Source of the DNA: Patescibacteria group bacterium
Lineage (GTDB): Bacteria > Patescibacteriota > Microgenomatia > UBA8517
Reading direction: 5' to 3'
Length of the DNA: 64,000 nt
NCBI GenBank assembly: GCA_018823885.1
Contig: JAHJHG010000009.1
Span: forward strand, 783 to 64,782
Numbering within the stretch: the first letter of the stretch is position 1; the number at the start of each line of letters is the position of its first letter. Positions 1-9,156 of the stretch are shown here, piece by piece. The translations under genes were made by a program, and so were the position numbers. Under the pieces are notes generated by a model. The model ran no database searches. It saw only the letters and a program-made list of their open reading frames with translations, and was not told the DNA's origin.

Positions 1-10
1 TTTCAAGAAC

Positions 11-679
11 TCAAGAAGTTAGGGTTAAGCAATTTACCCTCTTTACTCCCGCCTCCTTCAATACCCTGGTAGCTTCTCTAACCGTAGATCCCGTGGTCCA
101 AACATCATCAAATAATATTATTGGCATATTGTTATCTGGGCGCCTAGTTAAACTAAAAACTCCTTCAATGTTTGTTTTTCTTTCTTCTATTTTCAGACTT
201 GCTTGTGGTTTTTTTGAAGCTTTTCTCACTAAAAGATCTTTATCGAAGTCCCACCCTATTTTTTCAGCTATTAATTTACCTATTTCTTCCGATTGGTTAA
301 AACCCCTCCAGTTTTGTCTGTGCCAGTAAAGAGGAATTGGTACCAATACTGAATTTTTTGGAAAAGCTAATTTCTTTTTCCTTAACTCCTTAACCGCATA
401 TTCCGCCAGCTCTTTCGCAATTTCAAGGGCAAATTTATATTTCATTCCGGTAATCGCTTTCCTAATCCCTTTTGAATATCTCCATAAAGACAAGCGTCCA
501 TCCAAACCCAAAGGATCCCTACATCTAATATGGGTTACACCGTAAGGAGAAATACTGTTACAGATTGGGCAAGTCAATATTGGTGGTCTTATTTTTCTTA
601 CACACTCCGGGCATAAATAATAACCGTTTAGACCGCAACCAAAACATTTTCGAGGAAAGAAGATATCAATGATATTCAT
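11..679 (-). CDS. comFC: ComF-family protein (ComFC-like; N-terminal Cys4 zinc ribbon plus phosphoribosyltransferase domain). Likely start at internal Met MNIIDIFF, since the longer ORF would overlap tmRNA.
   Basis: CFGCG..CPEC..CPIC zinc-ribbon cysteines. C-terminal PRTase motif ILFDDVWTTGSTV. Confidence 0.7.
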   Translation of the reverse strand: MNIIDIFFPRKCFGCGLNGYYLCPECVRKIRPPILTCPICNSISPYGVTHIRCRDPLGLDGRLSLWRYSKGIRKAITGMKYKFALEIAKELAEYAVKELRKKKLAFPKNSVLVPIPLYWHRQNWRGFNQSEEIGKLIAEKIGWDFDKDLLVRKASKKPQASLKIEERKTNIEGVFSLTRRPDNNMPIILFDDVWTTGSTVREATRVLKEAGVKRVNCLTLTS

Positions 680-726
680 TTCATCACTAAAAAAGCAGCG
701 AATTAACGCTGCTTTAATATTATCAT

Positions 727-1099
727 TGGTGGAGACGGAGGGAATTGAACCCTCGTCCAAGAAGCAAAATCAAAAACGTCTACAAGCTTAATCAGTTTTT
801 TTAATGTCCTCTAAATCTTACCTACTGATAGGACGATTTAAAGTAAGACTCATAAGTCTTGACTCCATTTCTTAAGTCAAGGAAATGGGCTGCATTTCGA
901 CTGGTTTATGCCTTATTAACGCGGTCGAAAAACGCAATTAACAGACACTGGCTTAAGCGAATGCGAAATTATAATCGGACACGCCGGCCAGACCAACGTT
1001 TTTGTTGGCATGTAAAATGTTGACCGTTAATTAACGAGTGACAGTCCCACTCGGCTTGCAGTTTTTAAAAGTACAACTTGTCGAAACCTTTACGTCCCC
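727..1099 (-). ncRNA. ssrA: tmRNA (ssrA)
   Basis: Minus-strand 5' end GGGGACGUAAAGGUUUCGAC and 3' end tRNA-like T-arm GGGUUCAAUUCCCUCCGUCUCCACCA. Internal frame after a UAA reads GCC AAC AAA AAC GUU GGU CUG GCC GGC GUG UCC GAU UAU AAU UUC GCA UUC GCU UAA, giving candidate tag ANKNVGLAGVSDYNFAFA. Lies directly upstream of smpB. Confidence 0.8.
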
Positions 1100-1103
1100 T
1101 AAA

Positions 1104-1529
1104 TTATCTTTTGAGCTCTCTTTCTATATCTCTTTCAATGTCTTTTTTCTTCTTGAGCTCCTTTTTTTGAAATTTACGTTTGCTCTTAGCCAAGGCTATT
1201 TCAACCTTGATTAAGCGGTTTTTAGTATACATCTTTGTAGGCACAAGCGTCAATTTTTTAGCTTGCATTTTGGTCTTCAGAGAAATAATTTGATCTCTGT
1301 GTAAAAGCAGCTTTCTTGATCTGGTGGGATTGTGGTCACCAGAAATATCAGAGGCAATGTTCGCATTGACGAGATAGGCCTCATCTCCAATAATCTTTGC
1401 ATACGCTGTCGCCAAATCAACACGGCCGTTCTTTACCGCTCTTACCTCATGTCCTGCCAAGACAATACCTGCCTCAATGCGTTCTATTAACCGATAGTTA
1501 AACTGTGCCTTTCTATTTACAATTTTCAT
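1104..1529 (-). CDS. smpB: SsrA-binding protein SmpB
   Basis: Full-length similarity to SmpB (MKIVNRKAQFNY...GHEVRAVKNG...), with a lysine-rich C-terminal tail. Confidence 0.9.
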   Translation of the reverse strand: MKIVNRKAQFNYRLIERIEAGIVLAGHEVRAVKNGRVDLATAYAKIIGDEAYLVNANIASDISGDHNPTRSRKLLLHRDQIISLKTKMQAKKLTLVPTKMYTKNRLIKVEIALAKSKRKFQKKELKKKKDIERDIERELKR

Positions 1530-1551
1530 GGAAGTTTTAGGTAGGGAAAAG

Positions 1552-3498
1552 TTATTCTAACTTGTGGCTGATATTAATTGAGTAGAGTCTTTCTTCTGTA
1601 ACAATTATTATTTTACCAACTTCTTCAGATACAACCATTCCTCTTGCTTCTTTTATTTTATCCGAAAAGTACTGAGCTTGGTAATTACCCTCCTTGTCGA
1701 CGACAACAATTCTTCCTGTTTCTTTCTCCATCAAGTAAACAAACTTAAGTTCCTCGTTTGTATAAATGGCCGTCGGTCGGGATAGTTGGGGTATGATGTC
1801 CGCAAAGCTTAAAGTATCTTGATTTCCCTTGGTAAATTTAAATACTTTTCCTGTTTCTGAAAGAAACCAGATAGAACCATCAATTGTCCAGTCAAAAATA
1901 TTACTCAAGTCCGGCTCTGTTCCAGCCGTTAGCCAGTCTTGTTTTGAGCCAAAACCACCATCTGCACCTGCGTACCGATAAACCTTGGATGTTCCCCGAT
2001 CCAGCACATAGAAATTGCCGGCATAAGCGGAGATAAGAACGTCTCCTTCCCATTCGCCCTCGACTGCTAACTCTCTTTCGTCAGCAACTTCATAGATATT
2101 TCCATCTGATAACACAAATACTCTGTCAGAATAGGCCGCCACCCCTTTTGCCTCTTTTACTTGGTCGGGTCCAGCCACAATCTCGGTCTTTTTTGTTTCG
2201 ATTTCTATCTCGACTACCTTTTTCCCATCTCTGTCTAAAACATATAGCTTTCCGTCTGAAGCAACCACATCGTCCGCCTTAAAACCATCCGTTAAAATTG
2301 ATAAGTCTAAGAAAAGATCTGATTCAATTGTATATTCACCTAAAACTTGTCCTTCCGATTCTTCAAGAAGGGCAATTAAGTTGTCAAGTTCAGAATCTTC
2401 AACCCCTTCATCTTTAATTTGATAAACAAGTCTTTCTGCATTTCTGAAAAGCTCCCTCGCTCTTTCGGGGTCAAGTGTATAAAGGCCTTGCGCCTCTTCA
2501 AATTCATGTTGGGCTTGCTTAAGTCGATCTTCATAGCGGGCGCGTTCATCACGAACCATCTTTTGTCTTACCCCAAAACCGATGCTTACAACAAGTAAGA
2601 CAACAAGAATTGAACCAATTGAAACCGTAACTTTCCTTTTTTGAACATTAAATTCATCTTCTCCTCGCTGTCGAACATATATTTTCTTTTCTCCTGTCCT
2701 TTTACTAAAAATAGAGGTTAATTTATTCGCCTGTTTTTGGAAAAAAGAGGCCGGTCGATCTTTAGTTTCCTTATCAAAAATCTCTTTGCGTTCTAGTGTG
2801 GTTTTTTCTTCTGGTTCAAATTCCTTATCCGGTCGTGCAAAAATTGCCTGCGTCTTTGAAAACTCGACTAAGACAAGTCCAAAATTTCCCGCCTCTTCTC
2901 TTGAATGAACAGCTGGAGCCAAAGACTCAACCGCTTCATTTATTCCCGAACTTTCAAGGGCTGCTTTTATCACACCTTCGCTCAAAGAACTAAAAACCTT
3001 TTTTGTCCCAAGTAAAAATATGTCTCCTTCTTTGGGATGGCCGGAAGCAGATACCGGTCCATTATCTTTGCTTACCAATATTTTAGCCAACATACCATTT
3101 CTAAAAACAGCTGCCTGTCCGCCACCACCGCAAGCAGTGTAGATAACTCCATTAACTATTGAGGCGGCCGCTATCTCAACATCACCCCAGGTTTCCGAAA
3201 ATTCGCTTATTACCCTCTCTACGGAATCATTGAGAGCATTAAAGGCCGTTTTTTCTGTGCTACCGAAGTATTCCTCATGAAATCTTGTTAAAAGTTCTCT
3301 TCCAGCAACAACATTATCGAGACCTTCAGGGTCAGGGGGTGCTTCACTTTTTTGAGAGGTCGTTGCAATAACAGCCACTAATCTTCCACGAAGCTTTAAT
3401 TTTTCTTCATCGTCTGGGGCAAATTCATGAACTTGGGCCCAACTGGCTTTTCCCGGACTCCCGGTTAATTTAGCTAAATTGATATCTAATTCTGCCAC
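1552..3498 (-). CDS. Hypothetical bitopic membrane protein. Cytoplasmic N-domain, one TM, coiled-coil, then extracytoplasmic repeated YVLD(R) beta-propeller-like repeats.
   Basis: 648 aa ORF. Central hydrophobic segment VTVSIGSILVVLLVVSIGFGV. Recurring YVLDRDG/YVLDRGT repeats in the C-terminal half. Confidence 0.45.
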   Translation of the reverse strand: MAELDINLAKLTGSPGKASWAQVHEFAPDDEEKLKLRGRLVAVIATTSQKSEAPPDPEGLDNVVAGRELLTRFHEEYFGSTEKTAFNALNDSVERVISEFSETWGDVEIAAASIVNGVIYTACGGGGQAAVFRNGMLAKILVSKDNGPVSASGHPKEGDIFLLGTKKVFSSLSEGVIKAALESSGINEAVESLAPAVHSREEAGNFGLVLVEFSKTQAIFARPDKEFEPEEKTTLERKEIFDKETKDRPASFFQKQANKLTSIFSKRTGEKKIYVRQRGEDEFNVQKRKVTVSIGSILVVLLVVSIGFGVRQKMVRDERARYEDRLKQAQHEFEEAQGLYTLDPERARELFRNAERLVYQIKDEGVEDSELDNLIALLEESEGQVLGEYTIESDLFLDLSILTDGFKADDVVASDGKLYVLDRDGKKVVEIEIETKKTEIVAGPDQVKEAKGVAAYSDRVFVLSDGNIYEVADERELAVEGEWEGDVLISAYAGNFYVLDRGTSKVYRYAGADGGFGSKQDWLTAGTEPDLSNIFDWTIDGSIWFLSETGKVFKFTKGNQDTLSFADIIPQLSRPTAIYTNEELKFVYLMEKETGRIVVVDKEGNYQAQYFSDKIKEARGMVVSEEVGKIIIVTEERLYSINISHKLE

Positions 3499-3500
3499 TT

Positions 3501-3728
3501 TTATAAAATAATTAGGGCAAGAACGAATATTACCAAAGAAAATACCAAATGAGAAATACCCAGCATTCTAATCGGTCCTTCAAAGCCTACTTCTAGAGTA
3601 TCGGTCATGAGCTGTATTTGCCTTAATACTACAAAAGCGAAAATACCATAAATTACTAGAGCAAAAAGAACCAACACTTTGGCTATTAGCCAAATTGATA
3701 CTCCAATAATCGGTAATACTTGGTTCAT
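3501..3728 (-). CDS. Small two-TM membrane protein (hypothetical)
   Basis: 75 aa, two hydrophobic helices, 4-nt overlap with the upstream gene. Confidence 0.35.
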   Translation of the reverse strand: MNQVLPIIGVSIWLIAKVLVLFALVIYGIFAFVVLRQIQLMTDTLEVGFEGPIRMLGISHLVFSLVIFVLALIIL

Positions 3729-4423
3729 CTAACTCTCCCTTCTAGTTTCTCTATCTCTTCCTCAATCCTCAGATCTTGTAATATCTTGGCTACCTTATCA
3801 GGATTAGGTACGGCCAAAAAATCAAAGTTGGGCACCTCCGCCGCAGTTTGAACAAATACGTCACCATAATTAAATAACGTTCTAGCTACTCCTCCCATTG
3901 TGTAAGTAACATCCTGGATTTTATCAATATTGGTATCTGATACTTGTTTATATATCAGATTGAAAAAATCGATATCAATAATTCTTTCATCCGTAATAAT
4001 GTTTACATTGAAAAACCAAGTAAGGAAATTCTCCATAAAAAAAGCGGTTGTTATAAGATACCAGCCCAGAATGGCAATTAGTTGAAACTCATCGGGTAAA
4101 AAAGAGAGTAAAGGAAAAATACTTAAAACTGCCGGAGCAACAATCATCAACGCCCCAATAACAATCCAGGAAAAATTAGTCACGGGATGCCTGCGCAACA
4201 AAAGGACAACTTTTTCTTCTTTATCTCTTGTTTCAAAATTAACCTTTTTCGGAAGATAACTAAAAGCCGACAATCTACCTTGAGCTTTCTGTTCAAGTTT
4301 ATACTTTGGACGCCTATGTTTTCCCTCTCTTTTTGCTTTCGAGGCAGACTTTTTCTTAATAGGTTCTTTCTTAGAAGTTAGCTTTTCTTTTTTTGTGTCG
4401 TTAGAAATAAAGATATCCGGCAT
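3725..4423 (-). CDS. Membrane protein with lysine-rich N-terminus, possibly a bPH_2 (membrane-flanked PH domain)-like protein
   Basis: K-rich N-terminal 60 aa, then two TM helices (RRHPVTNFSWIVIGALMIVAPAVL...) followed by a soluble domain. Confidence 0.4.
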   Translation of the reverse strand: MPDIFISNDTKKEKLTSKKEPIKKKSASKAKREGKHRRPKYKLEQKAQGRLSAFSYLPKKVNFETRDKEEKVVLLLRRHPVTNFSWIVIGALMIVAPAVLSIFPLLSFLPDEFQLIAILGWYLITTAFFMENFLTWFFNVNIITDERIIDIDFFNLIYKQVSDTNIDKIQDVTYTMGGVARTLFNYGDVFVQTAAEVPNFDFLAVPNPDKVAKILQDLRIEEEIEKLEGRVR

Positions 4424-4467
4424 TGCGGCCTGATTATATCACTTTATAGGCCTGTTTCATACAAAAA

Positions 4468-6204
4468 TTATTTCTTCTCTATATTGAAAAGTGGACCAAC
4501 TATTTGGATATTAGCAGGGGCTCTTAAGTTGAAAAAATCTTTGAATTGGTTGGCATCAAAACTGTCACCGCCAGCATCACCGCTGACAGCAATTGTGGTT
4601 GATTTTCCTGTTCCCCAATCAACGCCCGGCATTGAAACACTGGAAATACTGTTGTAAGGGGTAACTCCTCGATTGCTTAGTTCCTGTTTTACTCTTCCCG
4701 AATCCCATGTGTCTGTACCGGCAGGATTCGGCTTATCAGTTTGATATAAGTGTTCACTTACCGAAGGATCCTTTTGGGCCAACATTAAAACATTAACTAT
4801 ATCCGCTACTTCCTCTGATTTGAGCCAAGCGGAATTACCGTATTCACTGCGCCAACCCTGGGCCGCATAGAAACAAGGCGAATCTTTATCATAAGCTTGT
4901 GATTGAAGGTCAGAAAAACTACCAACATCGCCGGTTGTGTCTCTTAATCTTTTTGTCCATGGCGTTCCACTCCAACCAACATCAGATGAAGCGAACGTAT
5001 ACCCTCCAGATGTTGAAGCATACCAGGCCGTAATCACTTGACCACTATTGATGGCAACCTCTCCTTCAGTGGCACGAACGGCCGCTTCCCAATTTCCTCC
5101 TTTGTTTCCTCCCTTATAAACTTGGCAACTTTGGGTTGTGCAAATCTCTTTTGTGCCATTATTCGTATAAGACACCGCATAAGAGCGAGCCGCTACTGCT
5201 TGGGCTTTAAGAGCCTCAATTGGCCAGCTTTCCGGCATTTCATAAATCCCAAGAAGATAGGTTTCGAGCGACATAGAGCCATATCCTTGAACACTAATAT
5301 TAATATCTGGTCTTTTTTCAATGGTAATACCCTGATAGTAAGCATTTAGAATCTGTTGATATGATTGGCCCGCATTGGCCCTGCCATATGCACCGTATTG
5401 ATTTATACCCACCCTGTGAGGAATGCCGTAGGTATAAAAGGCAAAAGCAGGGCTGAAACCTGGATTGAGGTTTCTGTCATCGGTACAAAAAAGCGGTCCA
5501 GCTCCCAAACTAGTTGGTAAATTTAAACTACCTAACTTTTGAGCAATGAAACTCTGTTGTTTAGAACTTAAACTGGCAATATAGCTTTCAACCTTGGCCA
5601 CTTCTCCTGAAAGAAAGGTCGCTCTTTCATCCACTTTCATTTTTATGGCAGCCAGTCTCGTGTTATTTCTTTCTAAACTCTCTTTGTCTTCTTTGAGTTT
5701 CAATAAATCTTCTGCGTAGGCCTCCATTGTTCTTCTATCTTCATCAGCTGCTTTTTGACGAAAACTTATTTCCCTAAAAGCTTCTGAAGCGTCGTTAGAG
5801 GAAAGGAATGGCAAGATGGGATCGTAAAGTCTCAAAAATTTATAATGGCTATTGGCCTTGGCTTCAAAAATTTCCTGAGTAAAGGCGAGGTCTTCTTCTC
5901 TTTGTCCAATATTTTTTTCAACAATATTTAGTTGTGCAGAAATACCATTAATTTGCTTATTTAAACTATTAAGTTCCGTTCTTAAGTTTGCCAATTCTTG
6001 TTTGTTGTACTCATGGGCCGGCTTTAATGCATCAATTTCCCGCTGAATTTTATCAATACAGAAGGTTAGATCCCCTTGCTCAGGATTATCACAATTTGGC
6101 TCAGCAGAAATCAGAGAGGTTTTGTTTATAAATATTGTTGAAATAAATAGCAACACTAAGACCAAAAAAAGAGAAAAGTGTTTTGTTAGCTTGGAGGTTG
6201 TCAT
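4468..6204 (-). CDS. Secreted SpoIID/LytB-domain protein with N-terminal coiled-coil
   Basis: Signal peptide. Long coiled-coil. C-terminal SpoIID-like motif EALKAQAVAARSYAVSY...ICTTQSCQVYKGG. Confidence 0.7.
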   Translation of the reverse strand: MTTSKLTKHFSLFLVLVLLFISTIFINKTSLISAEPNCDNPEQGDLTFCIDKIQREIDALKPAHEYNKQELANLRTELNSLNKQINGISAQLNIVEKNIGQREEDLAFTQEIFEAKANSHYKFLRLYDPILPFLSSNDASEAFREISFRQKAADEDRRTMEAYAEDLLKLKEDKESLERNNTRLAAIKMKVDERATFLSGEVAKVESYIASLSSKQQSFIAQKLGSLNLPTSLGAGPLFCTDDRNLNPGFSPAFAFYTYGIPHRVGINQYGAYGRANAGQSYQQILNAYYQGITIEKRPDINISVQGYGSMSLETYLLGIYEMPESWPIEALKAQAVAARSYAVSYTNNGTKEICTTQSCQVYKGGNKGGNWEAAVRATEGEVAINSGQVITAWYASTSGGYTFASSDVGWSGTPWTKRLRDTTGDVGSFSDLQSQAYDKDSPCFYAAQGWRSEYGNSAWLKSEEVADIVNVLMLAQKDPSVSEHLYQTDKPNPAGTDTWDSGRVKQELSNRGVTPYNSISSVSMPGVDWGTGKSTTIAVSGDAGGDSFDANQFKDFFNLRAPANIQIVGPLFNIEKK

Positions 6205-6277
6205 TGGTAATAATTATAGCAACTTTGTTTCAGTCTTTTACTCTCTCTTTATTTTGCTTTAAAATAATCATACATCT

Positions 6278-6988
6278 ATGAAAAAAATAACCATTACACT
6301 CGCCCTATTTTTGTTGATATTAATCTTTGTTCCAAAAAACATTTTTGCACAAGGAACATTTTCCTGCTACCAGCCAACGGCCAGCGTTCCCTGTGTTCCA
6401 GCAAATGTATATTGTGAAGAAGGGTATATCCCCGACACTAGTTATTGTAGTGCAAGGACAAACTCTAATTGCAACAATGTCCCTGCGACAACATGCATAG
6501 AAATACAGGGGCCAGAAACACAAACTGGCTGCTCTTCTGTCAGCACGGGCAGAACATATTGCACAACACAAGCTGCCCCTGGATATGGAGATATAGAAAT
6601 ATACTGTTCTACCAGTGATGAGTGTGAGAGCTATAAAGCAGAGCATCCATTAGAATCATCGGATAGTGAGTTTCCAACCTGTTTTACCGACGGCAAAAAA
6701 GGAATAAATACAGCTATCGGTTGTATCCCGATAGAAGACTCGAATTTGCTGATTGGTTTTATCTTAAAATGGGCCATTGGTGTTGGTGGAGGTATTGCTT
6801 TCCTATTAATCGTCCTTGCAGGTTTTCAAATAATGACCTCATCCGGCAACCCGGATAGATTAAAAGCAGGCCAAGAATTAATGACCTCGGCTATTGCAGG
6901 ATTAATACTTTTGATATTCTCTGTTTTTATATTAAAAATTATTGGAGTTGATATACTAGAATTACCAGGCTTTGGAGGAACACCATGA
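6278..6988 (+). CDS. T4SS pilin-like protein (VirB2/TrbC-type two-TM core) with about 120 aa Cys-rich N-terminal extracellular extension. First member of the paralog array.
   Basis: Signal peptide. At least 11 Cys in residues 30-130. C-terminal TM-SSGNPDRLKAGQEL-TM core shared with downstream paralogs. Stop overlaps the next start (ATGA). Confidence 0.6.
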   Translation: MKKITITLALFLLILIFVPKNIFAQGTFSCYQPTASVPCVPANVYCEEGYIPDTSYCSARTNSNCNNVPATTCIEIQGPETQTGCSSVSTGRTYCTTQAAPGYGDIEIYCSTSDECESYKAEHPLESSDSEFPTCFTDGKKGINTAIGCIPIEDSNLLIGFILKWAIGVGGGIAFLLIVLAGFQIMTSSGNPDRLKAGQELMTSAIAGLILLIFSVFILKIIGVDILELPGFGGTP

Positions 6989-7311
6989 AACTTGCACAAG
7001 ATTTAGAAGAAATTCAAAGTAAGGCATTACCTCAGTTTGAATTCTCGGGAGAACAAGGAGATATTGGAAATGTTGTCTCCAGTCTTATTAATTATCTTTT
7101 TCCATTGGCTGGAATCTTACTTCTTCTCTATCTTATCTATGGCGGATTTAGTCTAATGACCTCGGGTGGAGATCCAAAAGCGGTTCAAGGCGCAAAAAGT
7201 AAAATTACTAGTGCTCTAATTGGTTTCATAATCATTTTTGCGGCCTATTGGATAGTACAAATAGTTGCGTCAATTTTAGGAATCGAGGCAATAACAAATA
7301 TCTTCGGATAG
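6985..7311 (+). CDS. T4SS pilin-like small two-TM protein (paralog 2)
   Basis: Core LMTSGGDPKAVQGAKSKITSALIGFIIIFAAYWIVQ...GI. Confidence 0.65.
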   Translation: MKLAQDLEEIQSKALPQFEFSGEQGDIGNVVSSLINYLFPLAGILLLLYLIYGGFSLMTSGGDPKAVQGAKSKITSALIGFIIIFAAYWIVQIVASILGIEAITNIFG

Positions 7312-7349
7312 ATTTGCACCCTACCTCTTTTGCCTGCTAAACTTAAACC

Positions 7350-7670
7350 GTGAATAAATTAGCTGTTGAGATAGGAGAAAAGTTTTTTGGGGAAGGTTCC
7401 AATACACCATTAGCCGAAATCAGTGGGATTGGAACTCTTGTCTCCATTATCGTCAACGCCGCATTTGTTTTGGCAGGTATTATTTTGCTCTTCTTCTTTA
7501 TCTTCGGGGGAATTTCTATGATTGCAGGCGCCGGAAAAGATAATCCAGATCAAGCGGCAAAGGGAAAGCAGGCAATAACTTCTGCTCTTCTTGGTTTTAT
7601 TGTTGTTTTTGCCTCCTATTGGATAGTACAATTAATCGAACTTGTCACAGGAATCATTATTTTAGGATGA
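7350..7670 (+). CDS. T4SS pilin-like small two-TM protein (paralog 3, GTG start)
   Basis: Starts GTGAATAAATTAGC (MNKLA). Core AGKDNPDQAAKGKQAITSALLGFIVVFASYWIVQ. Confidence 0.6.
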   Translation: MNKLAVEIGEKFFGEGSNTPLAEISGIGTLVSIIVNAAFVLAGIILLFFFIFGGISMIAGAGKDNPDQAAKGKQAITSALLGFIVVFASYWIVQLIELVTGIIILG

Positions 7671-8023
7671 ATAAATTAGCAGAAAACAGTCCTTTTGGAT
7701 CCATAAATTTACCAGAAACTATAGAGAATAAATATCCCGGTGGAGTAGAAGGTGGGGCAATAGGAATCTTTCTAAACTGGACTATCAAGGCCCTTATTAT
7801 TGGTGCCGGGGTATATGCTCTCTTTAATCTTGTTCTTGCCGGATATGCTTTCATGTCTGCTGGAGATGATCCCAAAAAAATGGCTGGTGCCTGGGCAAAG
7901 ATATGGCAAACTCTTTTGGGGCTTGCTTTTGCCGCTGGCGCCTTCGTCTTAGCCGCTATATTTGGACAACTGATATTTGGAGATCCAACTTTTATACTTA
8001 ACCCAACAATACCGACACCATGA
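7667..8023 (+). CDS. T4SS pilin-like small two-TM protein (paralog 4)
   Basis: Starts ATGAATAAATTAGC (MNKLA), overlapping the previous stop (ATGA). Core SAGDDPKKMAGAWAKIWQTLLGLAF. Confidence 0.6.
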   Translation: MNKLAENSPFGSINLPETIENKYPGGVEGGAIGIFLNWTIKALIIGAGVYALFNLVLAGYAFMSAGDDPKKMAGAWAKIWQTLLGLAFAAGAFVLAAIFGQLIFGDPTFILNPTIPTP

Positions 8024-8385
8024 ATAAATTAGCTGATATAAACCTGGCGCCCGAGGGAGGATTTAAAGGATTTGGTGCCCTGGGGTTAGAAGAAGGACAG
8101 AGCGCTCCAGCAGTATTTACAAAATTCATCTCCAGCGTTATTGGACTAATGACAATTATCGCCATTATCTGGTTTGTTCTTCTGATGATAATGGGGGCCA
8201 TTGGCATTATTAGTTCGGGGGGAGACAAAGCGGCGTTGGAATCTGCTAAAAAACGAATTACAACCGGAATTCTTGGCTTCGTCGTCGTTATTGCCGCTAT
8301 TTTTATTGTCCAATTAATAGGAAAACTGATAGGAATACCGAATATATTAGATCTGCCTGTCTTGTTAGAAGGAATTCAACAATAG
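8020..8385 (+). CDS. T4SS pilin-like small two-TM protein (paralog 5)
   Basis: Starts ATGAATAAATTAGC (MNKLA), ATGA overlap. Core SSGGDKAALESAKKRITTGILGFVVVIAAIFIVQ. Confidence 0.65.
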   Translation: MNKLADINLAPEGGFKGFGALGLEEGQSAPAVFTKFISSVIGLMTIIAIIWFVLLMIMGAIGIISSGGDKAALESAKKRITTGILGFVVVIAAIFIVQLIGKLIGIPNILDLPVLLEGIQQ

Positions 8386-8726
8386 TGAATTATCTTGCTC
8401 AAGATTCAATAGAAAATCCCGTCTTAGGCCCCTCTTTGCAAACAAAAACCGGTGTTGGGTTTTTCCAAGATCTTTTACCCAGAATGGTCGGTCTGGCTTT
8501 CCTTGTAGGTGTGCTTATCTTTTTCTTTGTCATGATAATGGGGGCGATTCAATGGATCACTTCTGGAGGAGATAAAGCAGGGATCGAGTTAGCCAGAGGA
8601 AAAATAACAAATGCTATTGTCGGAGTGGTTATTCTTCTCTCCCTTTTTGCTCTACTTAAAGTCCTTGAGGACTTTTTTGGAATAAACATACTTGCCCTTG
8701 ACATAGGGCCGCTTATGATTCAATAA
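8385..8726 (+). CDS. T4SS pilin-like small two-TM protein (paralog 6, GTG start overlapping previous stop)
   Basis: Core TSGGDKAGIELARGKITNAIVGVVILLSLF...FGI. Confidence 0.6.
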   Translation: MNYLAQDSIENPVLGPSLQTKTGVGFFQDLLPRMVGLAFLVGVLIFFFVMIMGAIQWITSGGDKAGIELARGKITNAIVGVVILLSLFALLKVLEDFFGINILALDIGPLMIQ

Positions 8727-8736
8727 TATACGCAGA

Positions 8737-9087
8737 ATGCTTAACTTTTTGTATTCAACCGCCGTTCTCGCAGCCGACGACATAAATCTTAGCCCCACAG
8801 GGGAATTTTCGGCTCTTGGTGACTTAACAATTGGCGGAATTGTTTCAGCTTTTATCCGATTAATTCTAGTTGTTGCCGCCTTGGTATTTTTCTTCATTCT
8901 TGTTATCGGAGGAATCAGGTGGATTGCCTCAGGTGGAGATAAGGCTCAAACCGAAACAGCCAGAAATCAAATTACGGCCGCACTTGTTGGATTGGTTATC
9001 GTTTTTGCCGCTTGGGCCATTGTTCAACTAATAAATACCTTCTTCGGTATTGACATTTTCAGTCTTACCCTCCCAACGGCACAATAA
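8737..9087 (+). CDS. T4SS pilin-like small two-TM protein (paralog 7)
   Basis: Core ASGGDKAQTETARNQITAALVGLVIVFAAWAIVQ...FGI. Confidence 0.65.
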   Translation: MLNFLYSTAVLAADDINLSPTGEFSALGDLTIGGIVSAFIRLILVVAALVFFFILVIGGIRWIASGGDKAQTETARNQITAALVGLVIVFAAWAIVQLINTFFGIDIFSLTLPTAQ

Positions 9088-9156
9088 AACAGGCTTGCTC
9101 CAATTACTTCATTAAGTTAAACTTTAAGTCGAAAAGTATTGGTATCTTTTTGCATC

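Noticed and set aside
93-329. Short antisense or overlapping ORFs throughout the track (for example 93-329, 2796-2993, 5038-5349, 6320-6646, 10600-11079, 12600-13187, 21158-21796, 42200-43126)
   Set aside because: They lie entirely inside longer, well-supported genes on the opposite strand or in an alternate frame, and have low-complexity or odd composition. They are typical shadow ORFs of AT-rich DNA.
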